Below, piece by piece: positions 7,590 through 16,628 of a stretch of 19,462 nucleotides of DNA (positions are counted from its first letter, which is position 1; the number at the start of each line of letters is the position of its first letter). A model generated the notes under the pieces. The model worked only from the letters and a program-made list of their open reading frames with translations. It made no database searches and was not told the DNA's origin. Location of the stretch: positions 1 to 19,462 of the forward strand of contig CAWHWX010000011.1 in assembly GCA_963833125.1 (NCBI GenBank), in the 5' to 3' direction. Both the position numbers and the translations under genes were made by a program. The DNA is from Candidatus Bathyarchaeota archaeon (lineage in GTDB: Archaea; Thermoproteota; Bathyarchaeia; 40CM-2-53-6).

Positions 7590-8146
7590 GAAATCTTCTT
7601 CTCCAATTCCTTTCGAACATCAGCTTTGCTCTCGTTCACGTCGATCTCGTCCTCGTCGTCAGCGTCGTCAAATTCCTCATCAAAAAACTTCTCGAAACGT
7701 TCATCTAAGATAGAATCCAGCTCGTCCTTGGTAACGAGTTCCTCTTCCTCATCGTTCGTTTTCTTGTGCCTGTCAAAAATCGGTTGCTGGCTAGTTCTGG
7801 AATTGTGACTTGGATTTCCGTGTCTGTTCCTTGAAGTCGGCATCGGCGATTCGCCACAACTTGCGTTCAAGCCTAGCTTCGATTACTGAGGTTTGCCAGC
7901 TAGTAATTAGGTAGATGTACGTGGTTATGCCAGAGACCGCGTAGAACATGAACAGTAGTTTTCCAATCATTGTGTGAGGAGTAATATCCCCGAATCCAAC
8001 TGTGCTGAAGACGGTAATTGTCCAATAGAGTGAGTCGAAGAGTGTGTGGTTCTCTATGTAAGAGAAGAGAAACGTGCTCACGAATGTAAGGGCTACGATG
8101 TAGCTGATCGCCCACCTTCTTCGTCTTGCAGTTTCAAGAAGTACAT
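7578..8146 (-). CDS. Two-TM potassium channel (KcsA-like) with acidic C-terminal tail; frameshifted
   Basis: FDSLYWTITVFSTVGFGDITP pore helix and selectivity filter between two TM helices. The tail lies in frame 7472-7870; the 3' end is uncertain. Confidence 0.88.
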
Positions 8147-8202
8147 GGTGCGGTTTCTCGAAATCTGTTCCGGTCAGAGTGTGACAGAACCCGTTTTGGA
8201 TT

Positions 8203-8661
8203 CTAACTTTTCGAGATATTTGGTCTGGATAGGATTTCCTTGATCTCAGGAGGTGTATGACCTTCGTAGGTTATCTTAACCACCCACCGCAGTAAGTCCC
8301 GTTCAGTTATTATCCCAACTAGCCTATTCCCGCTAATTATTGGAAGCCGCCTGATCCCGTGTCTGAGCATGAGCTCCATTGCTTCAGGATTACGAGTGAA
8401 TGGAGACGCGGAAATGAGAGGGCTTGACATTACACGCTTTACCTGAATGCCAAGCGTCTTAGGACCTTTCGCTACCTGCCTTGAAACATCTCGTTCAGTT
8501 ACTATTCCTACAGGCGTCCCCTTGTCAACGACGACCACGCATCCAATGTTGCGTTTCACCATCTTCTTCAAAGCGTCTTTGAGAAGCATACTGGGTTTGA
8601 CTGTTTCAACTTTAGCACTCATAATCGAACTGAGCTCGTCAGATTCAACGAGTTCCGACAC
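8203..8661 (-). CDS. CBS domain pair protein
   Basis: Two CBS repeats: IGCVVVVDKGTPVGIVTERD and IRRLPIISGNRLVGIITERD. Confidence 0.95.
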   Translation of the reverse strand: MSELVESDELSSIMSAKVETVKPSMLLKDALKKMVKRNIGCVVVVDKGTPVGIVTERDVSRQVAKGPKTLGIQVKRVMSSPLISASPFTRNPEAMELMLRHGIRRLPIISGNRLVGIITERDLLRWVVKITYEGHTPPEIKEILSRPNISKS

Positions 8662-8786
8662 AATTGTTCACTGAAGTCAGCACTTTCATTGCATTAAAGC
8701 CTTCCGAAGGCGGGTGACGCAGGGCGCGTTTCAATATTATCTGCTAGTCAATCAGGTTAATTTAGTATTGGTTACGGTATGTGATT

Positions 8787-9008
8787 ATGAAGAAAGTTAA
8801 TGGAAAGAAATTCGTGATAGATTCCATTGCTTCTGCAATCTTCTGGACTCTGGTGTACATCCCTGTCTTTGCTTACACATCAAGATCAGTAGAGCTTGCG
8901 TTAGTAGGTCTTGGCTCAGCAGCATTAGTTGTGATAGTGTTTGGTGGAGCTTATGGAAGATTCCTCGATTGGTTCAGAAAGGCGTTCTACATCAAAACAC
9001 CCTCTTAG
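8787..9008 (+). CDS. Small 2-TM membrane protein resembling a half-size AlaE (L-alanine exporter)-like unit
   Basis: FVIDSIASAIFWT...GGAYGRFLDWFRKAF resembles the AlaE repeat motif (D..A...F / YGx(Y/F)xDW). Family assignment is from memory. Confidence 0.55.
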   Translation: MKKVNGKKFVIDSIASAIFWTLVYIPVFAYTSRSVELALVGLGSAALVVIVFGGAYGRFLDWFRKAFYIKTPS

Positions 9009-9245
9009 CATGTTCTTTCTTTTAGCTTGCATTCTGGATTAGAGTCAACCACGACACGCTAAAGATACATAACATTTGCAGGCTCAGCACTCAAGATCCA
9101 TCTCACAGTAAGGTCGATTGGGCCAGACTCGTCATCGCCCGCCCCGATCATTTCCTCTTACGTGCTAATTTGCGTATCTGACTTGCATGCTTATTTCGCC
9201 GTAGCCTACTCTCGTGCCAACCACGAAAGTTGAAAGTGCGGAGAT

Positions 9246-10219
9246 ATGCCCATTATTCATGTCACGCCAGTGGGCTTCGAAAGCCTGGGCGTCAGGTCCA
9301 TGTGTACCTTTGTTGAGACGCCCGACGTTAGGATACTGATTGACGCGGGCGTAGCGTTGGGGCCTCGTCTTAGGAGGTTACCGCACCCGCGAGAGTACAA
9401 GGCTCGAAATGAATGCCGTGCAAGAATTCGAAACTACGCGGCGAAGGCAGATGCGATTGTAATCTCACACTATCACAATGACCACCATACACCAAACTAC
9501 ACGGAAAACGTCTGGCTCGGATCGAGTGCAGATGAAGCGGAAGAGATCTATCGCGAAAAAACTGTTCTGCAAAGGATATTCGTAACGCAATAAACTTCAA
9601 CCAGCGGAGGAGGGGCTGGATGTTTCAACGCTTCGTGAAACGGATCGGCAGTAAGTGTGAGATAGCTGACGGTAAAATGTTTGACTTTGGAGCAACCAAG
9701 ATCACGCTCTCGCAGCCTGTGCCTCATGGAGAGGAGAGTTCCGGCTTGGGGTGGGTCCTTATGACTTGCGTTAGGTCAGGAGAGGAAACTTTCCTGCACG
9801 CTTCCGACGTTCAAGGACCGATGTCCAAGGAAACGGCCAAACTGATACTTGAAGGGAAGCCAGACTGTCTTGTGCTTGGAGGCCCACCCACGTATCTCGA
9901 AGGGGTGAGAGTGGCTCAAGCGCCGATTCAGGCAGGCATCGAGAACGCCTCTAGACTTGCAAGTAAGATACCAATCATAATCTTTGAACATCACATACTC
10001 CGCTCCGAAAAATGGAGGGAGCAATCAAACTCGGTATATGATGCCGCCTCAAGCGCCGAGCATAAGGTCATGACTGCGGCTGAATACCTCAAAACCCCAA
10101 ACATGCTTCTAGAGTCTCAGCGGGAGCAGTTGTATGAGGAAGAGGCTCCATCGCCAGAGTTCATGAAATGGACTGAGCTTCATCGAGAGAAAAAACGGTT
10201 ACAGCCTCCTCCAGTCTAG
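9246..10219 (+). CDS. UPF0282 family MBL-fold metallo-hydrolase; one frameshift near 9565
   Basis: ESLGVRSMCTFVETPD, IDAGVALGP, ISHYHNDH, PVPHG, HASDVQGP, GGPPTYL and EHHILR. Confidence 0.92.
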
Positions 10220-10230
10220 GGCAGTTGACG

Positions 10231-10261
10231 GGGGAAAAGACCGGACCCGAAAAAGGGTCCG
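10231..10261 (-). terminator. Hairpin plus pyrimidine tract downstream of the Cren7-like gene
   Basis: CGGACCC/GGGTCCG stem (10242-10261) followed on the minus strand by gtcttttcccc. Lies between convergent genes. Confidence 0.65.
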
Positions 10262-10278
10262 CAAAGGATCTGATCGGA

Positions 10279-10440
10279 TTAGGCGCCTGCCAGCTTTGTC
10301 GCCAGTCGGAATTTCTTTCCACATGATGGGCAGGAGAAGTGTTTGATGTGTAGGGCGGGGCCACGTCCGTCCTTTGGATGCATATCCCATTCTTTCGCTG
10401 GGCCAATTACTTCGCCACCGCATTTGAGACATTTCACCAA
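10279..10440 (-). CDS. Cren7-like small basic zinc-ribbon protein (putative chromatin protein)
   Basis: (M)VKCLKCGGEVIGPAKEWDMHPKDGRGPALHIKHFSCPSCGKKFRLATK follows the Cren7 pattern P.K.W...PK.....I..F..P..GK.FR, plus two CxxC. RBS GAGGTGA at 10454->10448. Confidence 0.75.
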   Translation of the reverse strand: MVKCLKCGGEVIGPAKEWDMHPKDGRGPALHIKHFSCPSCGKKFRLATKLAGA

Positions 10441-10465
10441 GAAGTCTTCACCTCGATGGGGTCGG

Positions 10466-10584
10466 CAGTCGGATGTTGGACACGAGGTGCGGAGCACGTT
10501 TGATGGTGACGCCACTTGGGTTTGGCTTGGGGGTGTGGCGTCATTGGGTGCGTGTTATCCTCGTGTCCAACGACGCTGACTGCC
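10466..10584 (-). ncRNA. Long nested hairpin forming the 5' leader of the Cren7-like gene (candidate cis-regulatory RNA)
   Basis: Nested stems GGCAGTC/GACTGCC, GTTGGACACGAGG/CCTCGTGTCCAAC (13 bp), CACG/CGTG and TGACGCCAC/GTGGCGTCA. Lies between the TATA box and the RBS. Confidence 0.7.
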
Positions 10585-10608
10585 ATGGACGGTCCATACA
10601 CTTTTGAT

Positions 10609-10646
10609 GGTATATTAATGTTTCATTTATGGTACGTTAATATACC
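10609..10646. promoter_or_regulatory. Symmetric bidirectional promoter (two opposed TTAATATA boxes)
   Basis: GGTATATTAA (10609-10618) and TTAATATACC (10637-10646) form a perfect 10-bp inverted repeat between divergent genes. Confidence 0.65.
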
Positions 10647-10688
10647 GCCGTGACTAATCTCTCTTAGAAATTTAGAGGAGGTTGCAAT

Positions 10689-10847
10689 ATGAACGGAGAT
10701 TCAAAGCGAAGCTTTGCTGTAGCCCTTGCTTCATTCGCGATAGGCGCCGTAGTCGCCGGAGTACTCGGAAACCCGAGAACACGTCAGCGTATCGCTGTCG
10801 CGAGCAAGAAGCTGGCTAAGAGAGCTAAGGCAGCTGACCTAGCGTAA
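10689..10847 (+). CDS. 52-aa single-TM protein with basic amphipathic tail (YtxH-like architecture)
   Basis: MNGDSKRSFAVALASFAIGAVVAGVLGNPRTRQRIAVASKKLAKRAKAADLA*. Strong RBS GAGGAGGT, own TATA box and downstream hairpin. Not in the ORF track. Confidence 0.75.
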   Translation: MNGDSKRSFAVALASFAIGAVVAGVLGNPRTRQRIAVASKKLAKRAKAADLA

Positions 10848-10859
10848 ACAACCCACACG

Positions 10860-10892
10860 GGGGCGGTAAACAAACCGCTCCTTTCCTCTCAT
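10860..10892 (+). terminator. Hairpin plus pyrimidine tract
   Basis: GGGGCGGT-aaacaa-ACCGCTCC followed by tttcctctc. Confidence 0.55.
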
Positions 10893-11004
10893 TCTAAAGT
10901 TCGAGTCTGATCCTTTGTCGCCTTTTCCTGGGACAATCCTAAGGTGTTGGCCTCAGAAGGATTCTAGGAAAGCTTAATTCTCAATCCGAATTACCATTGG
11001 AATC

Positions 11005-11068
11005 AGGGCGCGTGAGTGGGGCCTCCCACCCGATTGCGCCAAAGAAACCCCGGAGTAGGGAGGTAATT
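11005..11068 (+). ncRNA. Structured 5' leader of queT; candidate riboswitch or K-turn-containing cis-regulatory RNA
   Basis: GGCGCG/TGCGCC outer stem, GTGGG/CCCAC inner stem, A-rich linker AAAGAAA then CCCC. Anti-SD CCTCCC (11022-11027) complements SD GGGAGG (11058-11063). BRE/TATA-like gaaagcttaatt at ~10968-10979. Confidence 0.5.
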
Positions 11069-11070
11069 AG

Positions 11071-11607
11071 ATGAAAGCTAAGAGTTCAATCAATATCGCA
11101 TTGACCGCAGTATTCGCCGCAATTTACGCCCTAGGCGTAGTATTTCTTGCCCCAATCAGTTTTCAAATCTTCCAAGTTAGAGTAGCAGATGCCCTGCTGC
11201 CTCTCGCTATGCTATTCGGTTGGCCTGCCGTTCTAGGACTATCACTAGGTGCTTTCGTTGCAAACATATTCGGAGGCCTTGGGCCAGTCGATATGGTTGG
11301 AGGTTCAGTAGCGAATTTCATAGCGACGTTCCTCGCCTGGCGATTGGTAGCCAGCAGGGGAAGGCGTTGGGCGTTGGTTGGAGTTGGGGCAGAGATTGTT
11401 ATCGTCACGCTCGTGGTTGGATCCTACTTGAGCTACCTACTCGCTATGCCGATAGAAATCAGCTGGCTAGGGGTCTTCCTAGGAAGCGTAATCGCAATTG
11501 GAGTGCTCGGATCGATACTGTTCTTTGCACTCTCAACTGAAAGAGTTTCAGCCCTGTTGAGATCATACGGTCTAGGAATCTACACGCAGCGGCCCGAGAA
11601 AAAGTAG
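11071..11607 (+). CDS. queT: QueT transporter family protein (ECF S-component for 7-deazaguanine precursors)
   Basis: AVFAAIY..LAPISF..FQVRVADALLPL..GLSLGAFVANIFG..GPVDMVGGS, the QueT signature. Multi-TM. Confidence 0.9.
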   Translation: MKAKSSINIALTAVFAAIYALGVVFLAPISFQIFQVRVADALLPLAMLFGWPAVLGLSLGAFVANIFGGLGPVDMVGGSVANFIATFLAWRLVASRGRRWALVGVGAEIVIVTLVVGSYLSYLLAMPIEISWLGVFLGSVIAIGVLGSILFFALSTERVSALLRSYGLGIYTQRPEKK

Positions 11608-11629
11608 GATAATTGGCTTCGAGTATTCA

Positions 11630-12274
11630 CTACTTCGCTCGAGAGCCGATGCGCGAGGTTTTCGAGAGTAGGGTATTCGAATCGCGTGCGAGCTTCCGCA
11701 TGATTCGGATTGGTGGAGGCGCAGGTGGACGGCCTCGCAAGACCATTCGATCAATCCAAAGAGTCGTGGGTGGTTCGATATTCGGCTGCCACAACATTGC
11801 CTCTACTTCGCCAAGGTGGAGTAGGTGCTCCGTCGTGCACTGCGCTAGGGCTGCCTCGCGAGTTACTTTCAGAGGGTGCCCGAGCCGAACCCAACGGACG
11901 ACTTTCTGAAGCGCTCGGTCGTTGTCCCATCGTGACAAGTATTCTTCGGACAGGTCTGTGATGCTGCGCAAACGCTCTCGGACGGAGTCAATGTCGTTGT
12001 ACCGTCGCCTTGACAGTTGAGCTGAGAAACTAGGCCACGGCGCTGCTCGGCCTTGGCAGAATTTCGTGATGTGATGCTCCTCGATGTAGGCGAGATGGAG
12101 AAATAGATTTCGGAACGAGTTGAGGCTGACTTCGCGGTTCCGCGTAGATTCCTTCCAACCAAGACTCGCGGCGGTCTCAAAGAAATCGCCTCGTAGGTCG
12201 TGCACAAATCGCAATAGGGCGATAATGTTGACCTTCGTTCGGAGAGTTGGGCTGTCGGAGTTTTTCCCAGTCAA
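11630..12274 (-). CDS. DinB/YfiT-like family protein
   Basis: SFRNLFLHLAYIEEHH and EHLLHLGE metal-binding His motifs of the DinB four-helix bundle. Confidence 0.85.
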   Translation of the reverse strand: MTGKNSDSPTLRTKVNIIALLRFVHDLRGDFFETAASLGWKESTRNREVSLNSFRNLFLHLAYIEEHHITKFCQGRAAPWPSFSAQLSRRRYNDIDSVRERLRSITDLSEEYLSRWDNDRALQKVVRWVRLGHPLKVTREAALAQCTTEHLLHLGEVEAMLWQPNIEPPTTLWIDRMVLRGRPPAPPPIRIMRKLARDSNTLLSKTSRIGSRAK

Positions 12275-12392
12275 GGCTCATATGCTCCAGCGCTAATTGG
12301 TGCGCCAATGATAATTAGCTGTTTTCGCTTCGGTAGAATGTTGAGATACGGAATCGATAGAGTTTGAACCAAGTCTGATCAGTGTTGGTCCC

Positions 12393-12920
12393 GTTGAGAG
12401 GTAGTTTCCAATCGCAACCATTCAACTGATCCTTGGTGACATCACAGGGCAGAGGGTAGACGCAATCGTGAACGCTGCGAATACAAGTCTGCTCGGCGGC
12501 GGTGGTGTGGATGGAGCGATTCATCGAGCTGCGGGTCCTAGACTGCTTGAGGAATGCCGCAAGCTGGGAGGTTGTCCAACTGGTCAAGCGAAAATAACCA
12601 CGGGAGGTAATTTACTCGCTAAATTTGTCATTCATACCGTGGGCCCGATCTGGAGAGGGGGCGGGAATCAGGAAGATCAACAGCTACGTGCCTGCTACTT
12701 GAATTCTATGAAAGTCGCAGAGCAGAATGGGGTTCGATCAATCGCGTTCCCATCAATTAGCACCGGCGCTTATGGATTCCCGGTTGAGAGCGCCTCAAAA
12801 ATCGCTGTAGCCACCGTCCGCGAATCTCTCGATAAAACACCCCACGTTCAAACCGTTCTCTTCGTATGTTTTTCCCAATCCGACTATGAAGTTTACCAAG
12901 AAGCGCTCAAGGCGGAATAA
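12393..12920 (+). CDS. Macro domain protein (O-acetyl-ADP-ribose deacetylase / ADP-ribosylhydrolase, YmdB-like)
   Basis: LILGDITGQRVDAIVNAANTSLLGGGGVDGAIHRAAG, VIHTVGPIW and AFPSISTGAYGFP. The frame is open upstream of 12468 to ~12404; the true start is obscured by a probable error. Confidence 0.95.
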
Positions 12921-12938
12921 GTTCGCGAGATCTGCGGG

Positions 12939-13729
12939 CTAAGAGTTTAGTTCGGCTTTGAAGACTGTTACCGCCTTGCCGCCGATGAAAACTCTCCTGT
13001 CCCCCACTCTAACCCGGATTACACCGCCTCGCCTCGAAGCCTGGTAGGCTAAGAGTTCACTCTTGTGAAGCCTGGATTGCCAGAACGGTCCCAAGACTGA
13101 GTGGGCGGATCCTGTTACTGGGTCTTCATTGATTCCTGCTCGGGGGGCGAAGAAGCGGCTGACGAAGTCGTATGGTTCTGTTTTTGCTTTGGCGGTTACG
13201 ATGAGTCCGCGGATGGGAAGTTTGGAGAGCAAGGTCAAGTCGGGTTTCATGTTGCGAACAGAATTCTCTGAACTGACTTCGACAATAGAATCGAACCTGC
13301 TTCTTCCCATGTACCTGGGCTTGACTCCAAGTGCCTTTGACAATCCTTTGGGAACCTTAACTTGTCTGTCAGGAAGGGATGGGAAATCAAGTTCGATCCA
13401 TTCGTCTCGCCGTTTGGCGGTTAGGAGGCCACTATGCGTGTGAAACCTGGCCTGATCCTCTATGCCTAGTAATCCGGTTTCCCAGAGGATATGAGCACTG
13501 GCGAGGGTTGCGTGTCCACACAGGTCAACCTCGACTAACGGCGTGAACCAGCGCAAACCATGGCCGTCCTCCCTCTTATGGAGGAATGCCGTTTCGGACA
13601 GGTTCATTTCTTGAGCTACCTTCTGCATCCACCCCTCACTACGGGTTCCTGCAGGATGCATACGGCGGCTGGGTTGCCGGCAAATACCGTATCCGTGAAG
13701 GCGTCAACGTGAAAGATCGTCAGGACCAT
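12939..13729 (-). CDS. PhzF family isomerase/epimerase; one frameshift near 13650
   Basis: MVLTIFHVDAFTDTVFAGNPAAVC, EMNLSETAF, LRWFTP.VEVDLCGHATLA and EDPVTGSAH. Confidence 0.95.
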
Positions 13730-13849
13730 ATTCTCGGGGATAAGGATGCGGGCGTATAACCTTTGATTCCATTTCTGGTCATGGTAAGCTGCCGTTGCCC
13801 CTGAAAACAGTGCCGCATTGGGTAAACCATGGATGTTTGAAAAAGAATG

Positions 13850-14714
13850 CTATCTGCTTGAGCGATCATATTTTCTTAGAACATTTGGAATGGCCTCAGT
13901 AAGGTCGGAGGCGACCATGTGGAATCCTTTCTGTTCGTAAACGATGTCCCCCGCCGCGCCATGAATGTACGCTCCCGCTACAGCTGCGGAGAATAGTTCG
14001 GCACCTTGTGCGAGAAAAGCCCCGATTATTCCTGATAAAACGTCGCCAGCTCCGGCGGTAGCCATTCCAGGATTCCCAGTATGGTTAACCTTCGCTGGCT
14101 TCCGTCTGTAACAATAGTGTCGTGTCCTTTCAGGAGAAGCACGCAACCATGTTCCTTGGCGAAATTCTTGCAAATAGGCAACCTATCCCGCCACAGTTGA
14201 GGCGCTTCCACACCGGAGATTGCCTTGAACTCACCCGCGTGAGGTGTGATAAGAACGCCTTTGAGCGATTCCTTTGCGTCAGCGAGCGTTCGGATGGCGT
14301 CGGCGTCAATTAGGAGTAACTTGCTTAGCTTGCGCTTCCTTGATGATCAGCGGTAACGCTTGAATAGTTTCGGCGTGACGTCCGATTCCGGGACCTAACA
14401 CAACGGCATCAGAGGCTGCAAGTAACCCAGAGAGTTGGTCGATCTGCTCAGGATTGACTACGTCGCCGCGCAGTGAATGTACAATGAGGTTTGGGGAATA
14501 TCCACGAATGGTCGGAGCAACGGATCTCGGTGCGGCAATGATCGTCAGGCCTACTCCGGTTCTGAGAGCGGCCATTCCGGCTAAGGCTGGAGCGCCAGAA
14601 TAGACATCACTACCCCCTATGATTAGCAAGCATCCGAAATCTCTCTTAGACGCATACCGGCCTCTCGCCTTGACTACGCCTCTAACGTCTCCAGGGCCAG
14701 AATACAAGATCCAT
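13850..14714 (-). CDS. nnrD: ADP/ATP-dependent NAD(P)H-hydrate dehydratase (YjeF C-terminal domain), stand-alone; frameshifted
   Basis: [51 protein letters not shown] and [16 protein letters not shown]. Confidence 0.92.
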
Positions 14715-14843
14715 CCCCACGGTTGACTTGCACCGTATGTAGACGCCGCTTACTTCTGCCTTGCCTCTTAGAGTAACTCATCTCTACCGACGGAACACAA
14801 AAAACGGTGTTCTCACCACAATTCGACGAGGCGTATCGCGGAG

Positions 14844-16562
14844 ATGAAGAACCAACTGTAGCTCAGATTCTGAACGAAGTCGCGGACATGCTCGATATGC
14901 AGGGCGTCGAGTTCAAACCACGCGCATATCGCAGGGCCGCACGAACCATAGAATCGCTTGGAGAACCGATAGAAGAGGTGTACACGAAAGGCAAACTCGA
15001 AGAGCTGCCGGGTGTCGGCGAAGCCATCGCCAAGAAAATCGGAGAGATAATCGAGACTGGCTCACTCAAGTACCGTGACGAACTCAAGGCAAAGACACCA
15101 ATGGATTTGGAAGGCATACTGGCGGTGGAAGGAATCGGGCCAAAGACCGCGGCCGTGCTTTTCAAGAGGTTGGGAATAAAGTCGCTAGATGATCTCGAAC
15201 GTGCAGCAAAAGAACATAAAATCAGAGAGATCAAGCGGTTGGGACCGAAGACTGAAGAGAACATACTCAGCAGCATCGAACTCGCCAAGAAGAGTAAAGC
15301 CCGCATACTACTAGGGGACGCGCTCCCAGTTGCTGAAGAAATATGCAAACACCTACGCGGCAACAAGAAAGGGGAAGCAACCCAGGTCGAAGCAGCAGGG
15401 TCCTTGCGAAGAATGAAGGAAACCATCGGTGACATCGACATACTCGCAACTTCGCCTCACCCGACTCAATTGTCTGACACCTTCACCAAAATGTCAGACG
15501 TTCGAAAAGTTCTTGAAAAAGGAGAAACCAAATCATCAATCCTCCTACAAAGCAACCTTCAGGTCGATCTTCGCATCGTAGAAGAACAGAGCTTCGGCTC
15601 GGCATTGATGTACTTCACAGGGTCGAAGGATCATAACATCGCGCTACGAAAACTCGCCATATCCAAGGGCCTCAAGCTCAGCGAATATGGTTTGTTCAAA
15701 GGCGACGCATCCAGTGGCGGGGCGCACCGAAGAGGAAGTCTACAAGAAACTCGGCCTGGATTACATTCCACCCGAACTCAGGGAGGACAGAGGAGAAGTG
15801 GACGCTGGCAATGAAGCATGAACTCCCCGACCTGATTCCCTACGACGCAATACAGGGAGATCTACAAATGCACACCAAGTGGAGTGATGGGCAGAGGACT
15901 ATCGAGGAGATGGCTCAAGCCGCAAAAACCTTGGGCTATTCGTACATCGCGATAACCGACCATTACAGCACAATGCCAATCGTCAACGGCCTCAACGAAC
16001 AGCGCTTGCGACGAGCAAATGAAGGAAATAGACCACGTAAACCAACAGTTAGAAGGAGTTACAGTTCTCAAAGGCGCTGAAGTGGATATTGCACCCGACG
16101 GCGAATTGAAAGGCGAAGAATCTGTCTTGCGAGAGTTGGATCTAGTCGTTGGGAGTATACACGGAACTTTCAAACAAACGAAAAAGCAGATGACTCAACG
16201 TCTAATCACGACAATGGAAAGCGGCCTCGTTAACATCATCGGCCATCCAACGAGCAGAAAGATAAACGAAAAGAATCCATGTGAAATGGATTTCGATGAA
16301 ATCTTCGAAGCTTCAAAACGAACCGGAACCTATCTTGAAATAAATTCATCTCCACATCGACTCGACTTAGACGACGCGAACGCCAGACTGGCTTTGAAAG
16401 CAGGGTGCAAACTCGCCATAAACACAGATGCTCACGACACAGGATGAGTTGAGGAATATTCGATTCGGAATTGGTGTAGCTCGAAGAGGCTGGTTGAGCC
16501 GAGCCGACGTGATCAACACAATGCCCTTAGAGAAACTGAAGACGATCCTGAAAAGGCACTGA
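14844..16562 (+). CDS. polX: DNA polymerase X with C-terminal PHP domain; several frameshifts
   Basis: HhH motifs ([18 protein letters not shown]), AGSLRR, GDIDIL and VDLR catalytic Asp triad, [12 protein letters not shown] motifs HTKWSDG, TDH, GHP and TDAH; ends ARRGWL...VINT. Confidence 0.96.
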
Positions 16563-16628
16563 ATAAGTGAAAGAATTCTCCAAAGTTTTATATTCCAAAC
16601 GGACTAATCCGACTCTGAGGCAACCTCA

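Noticed and set aside
10989-11068. AATTACC/GGTAATT pairing that would enclose the queT leader
   Set aside because: The 5' strand probably lies upstream of the predicted transcription start; relevant only if the TSS is further upstream.
12296-12309. ATTGG-TGCG-CCAAT containing TGGTGCG
   Set aside because: It lacks the TTGAACC/TTCTGAC box at the expected distance, so it is not counted as a copy of the element. It may be an operator or chance.
14863-15441. Long antisense ORFs (e.g. 14863-15441, 1338-1841, 13129-13443, 18865-19191)
   Set aside because: Shadows of well-supported genes on the opposite strand.
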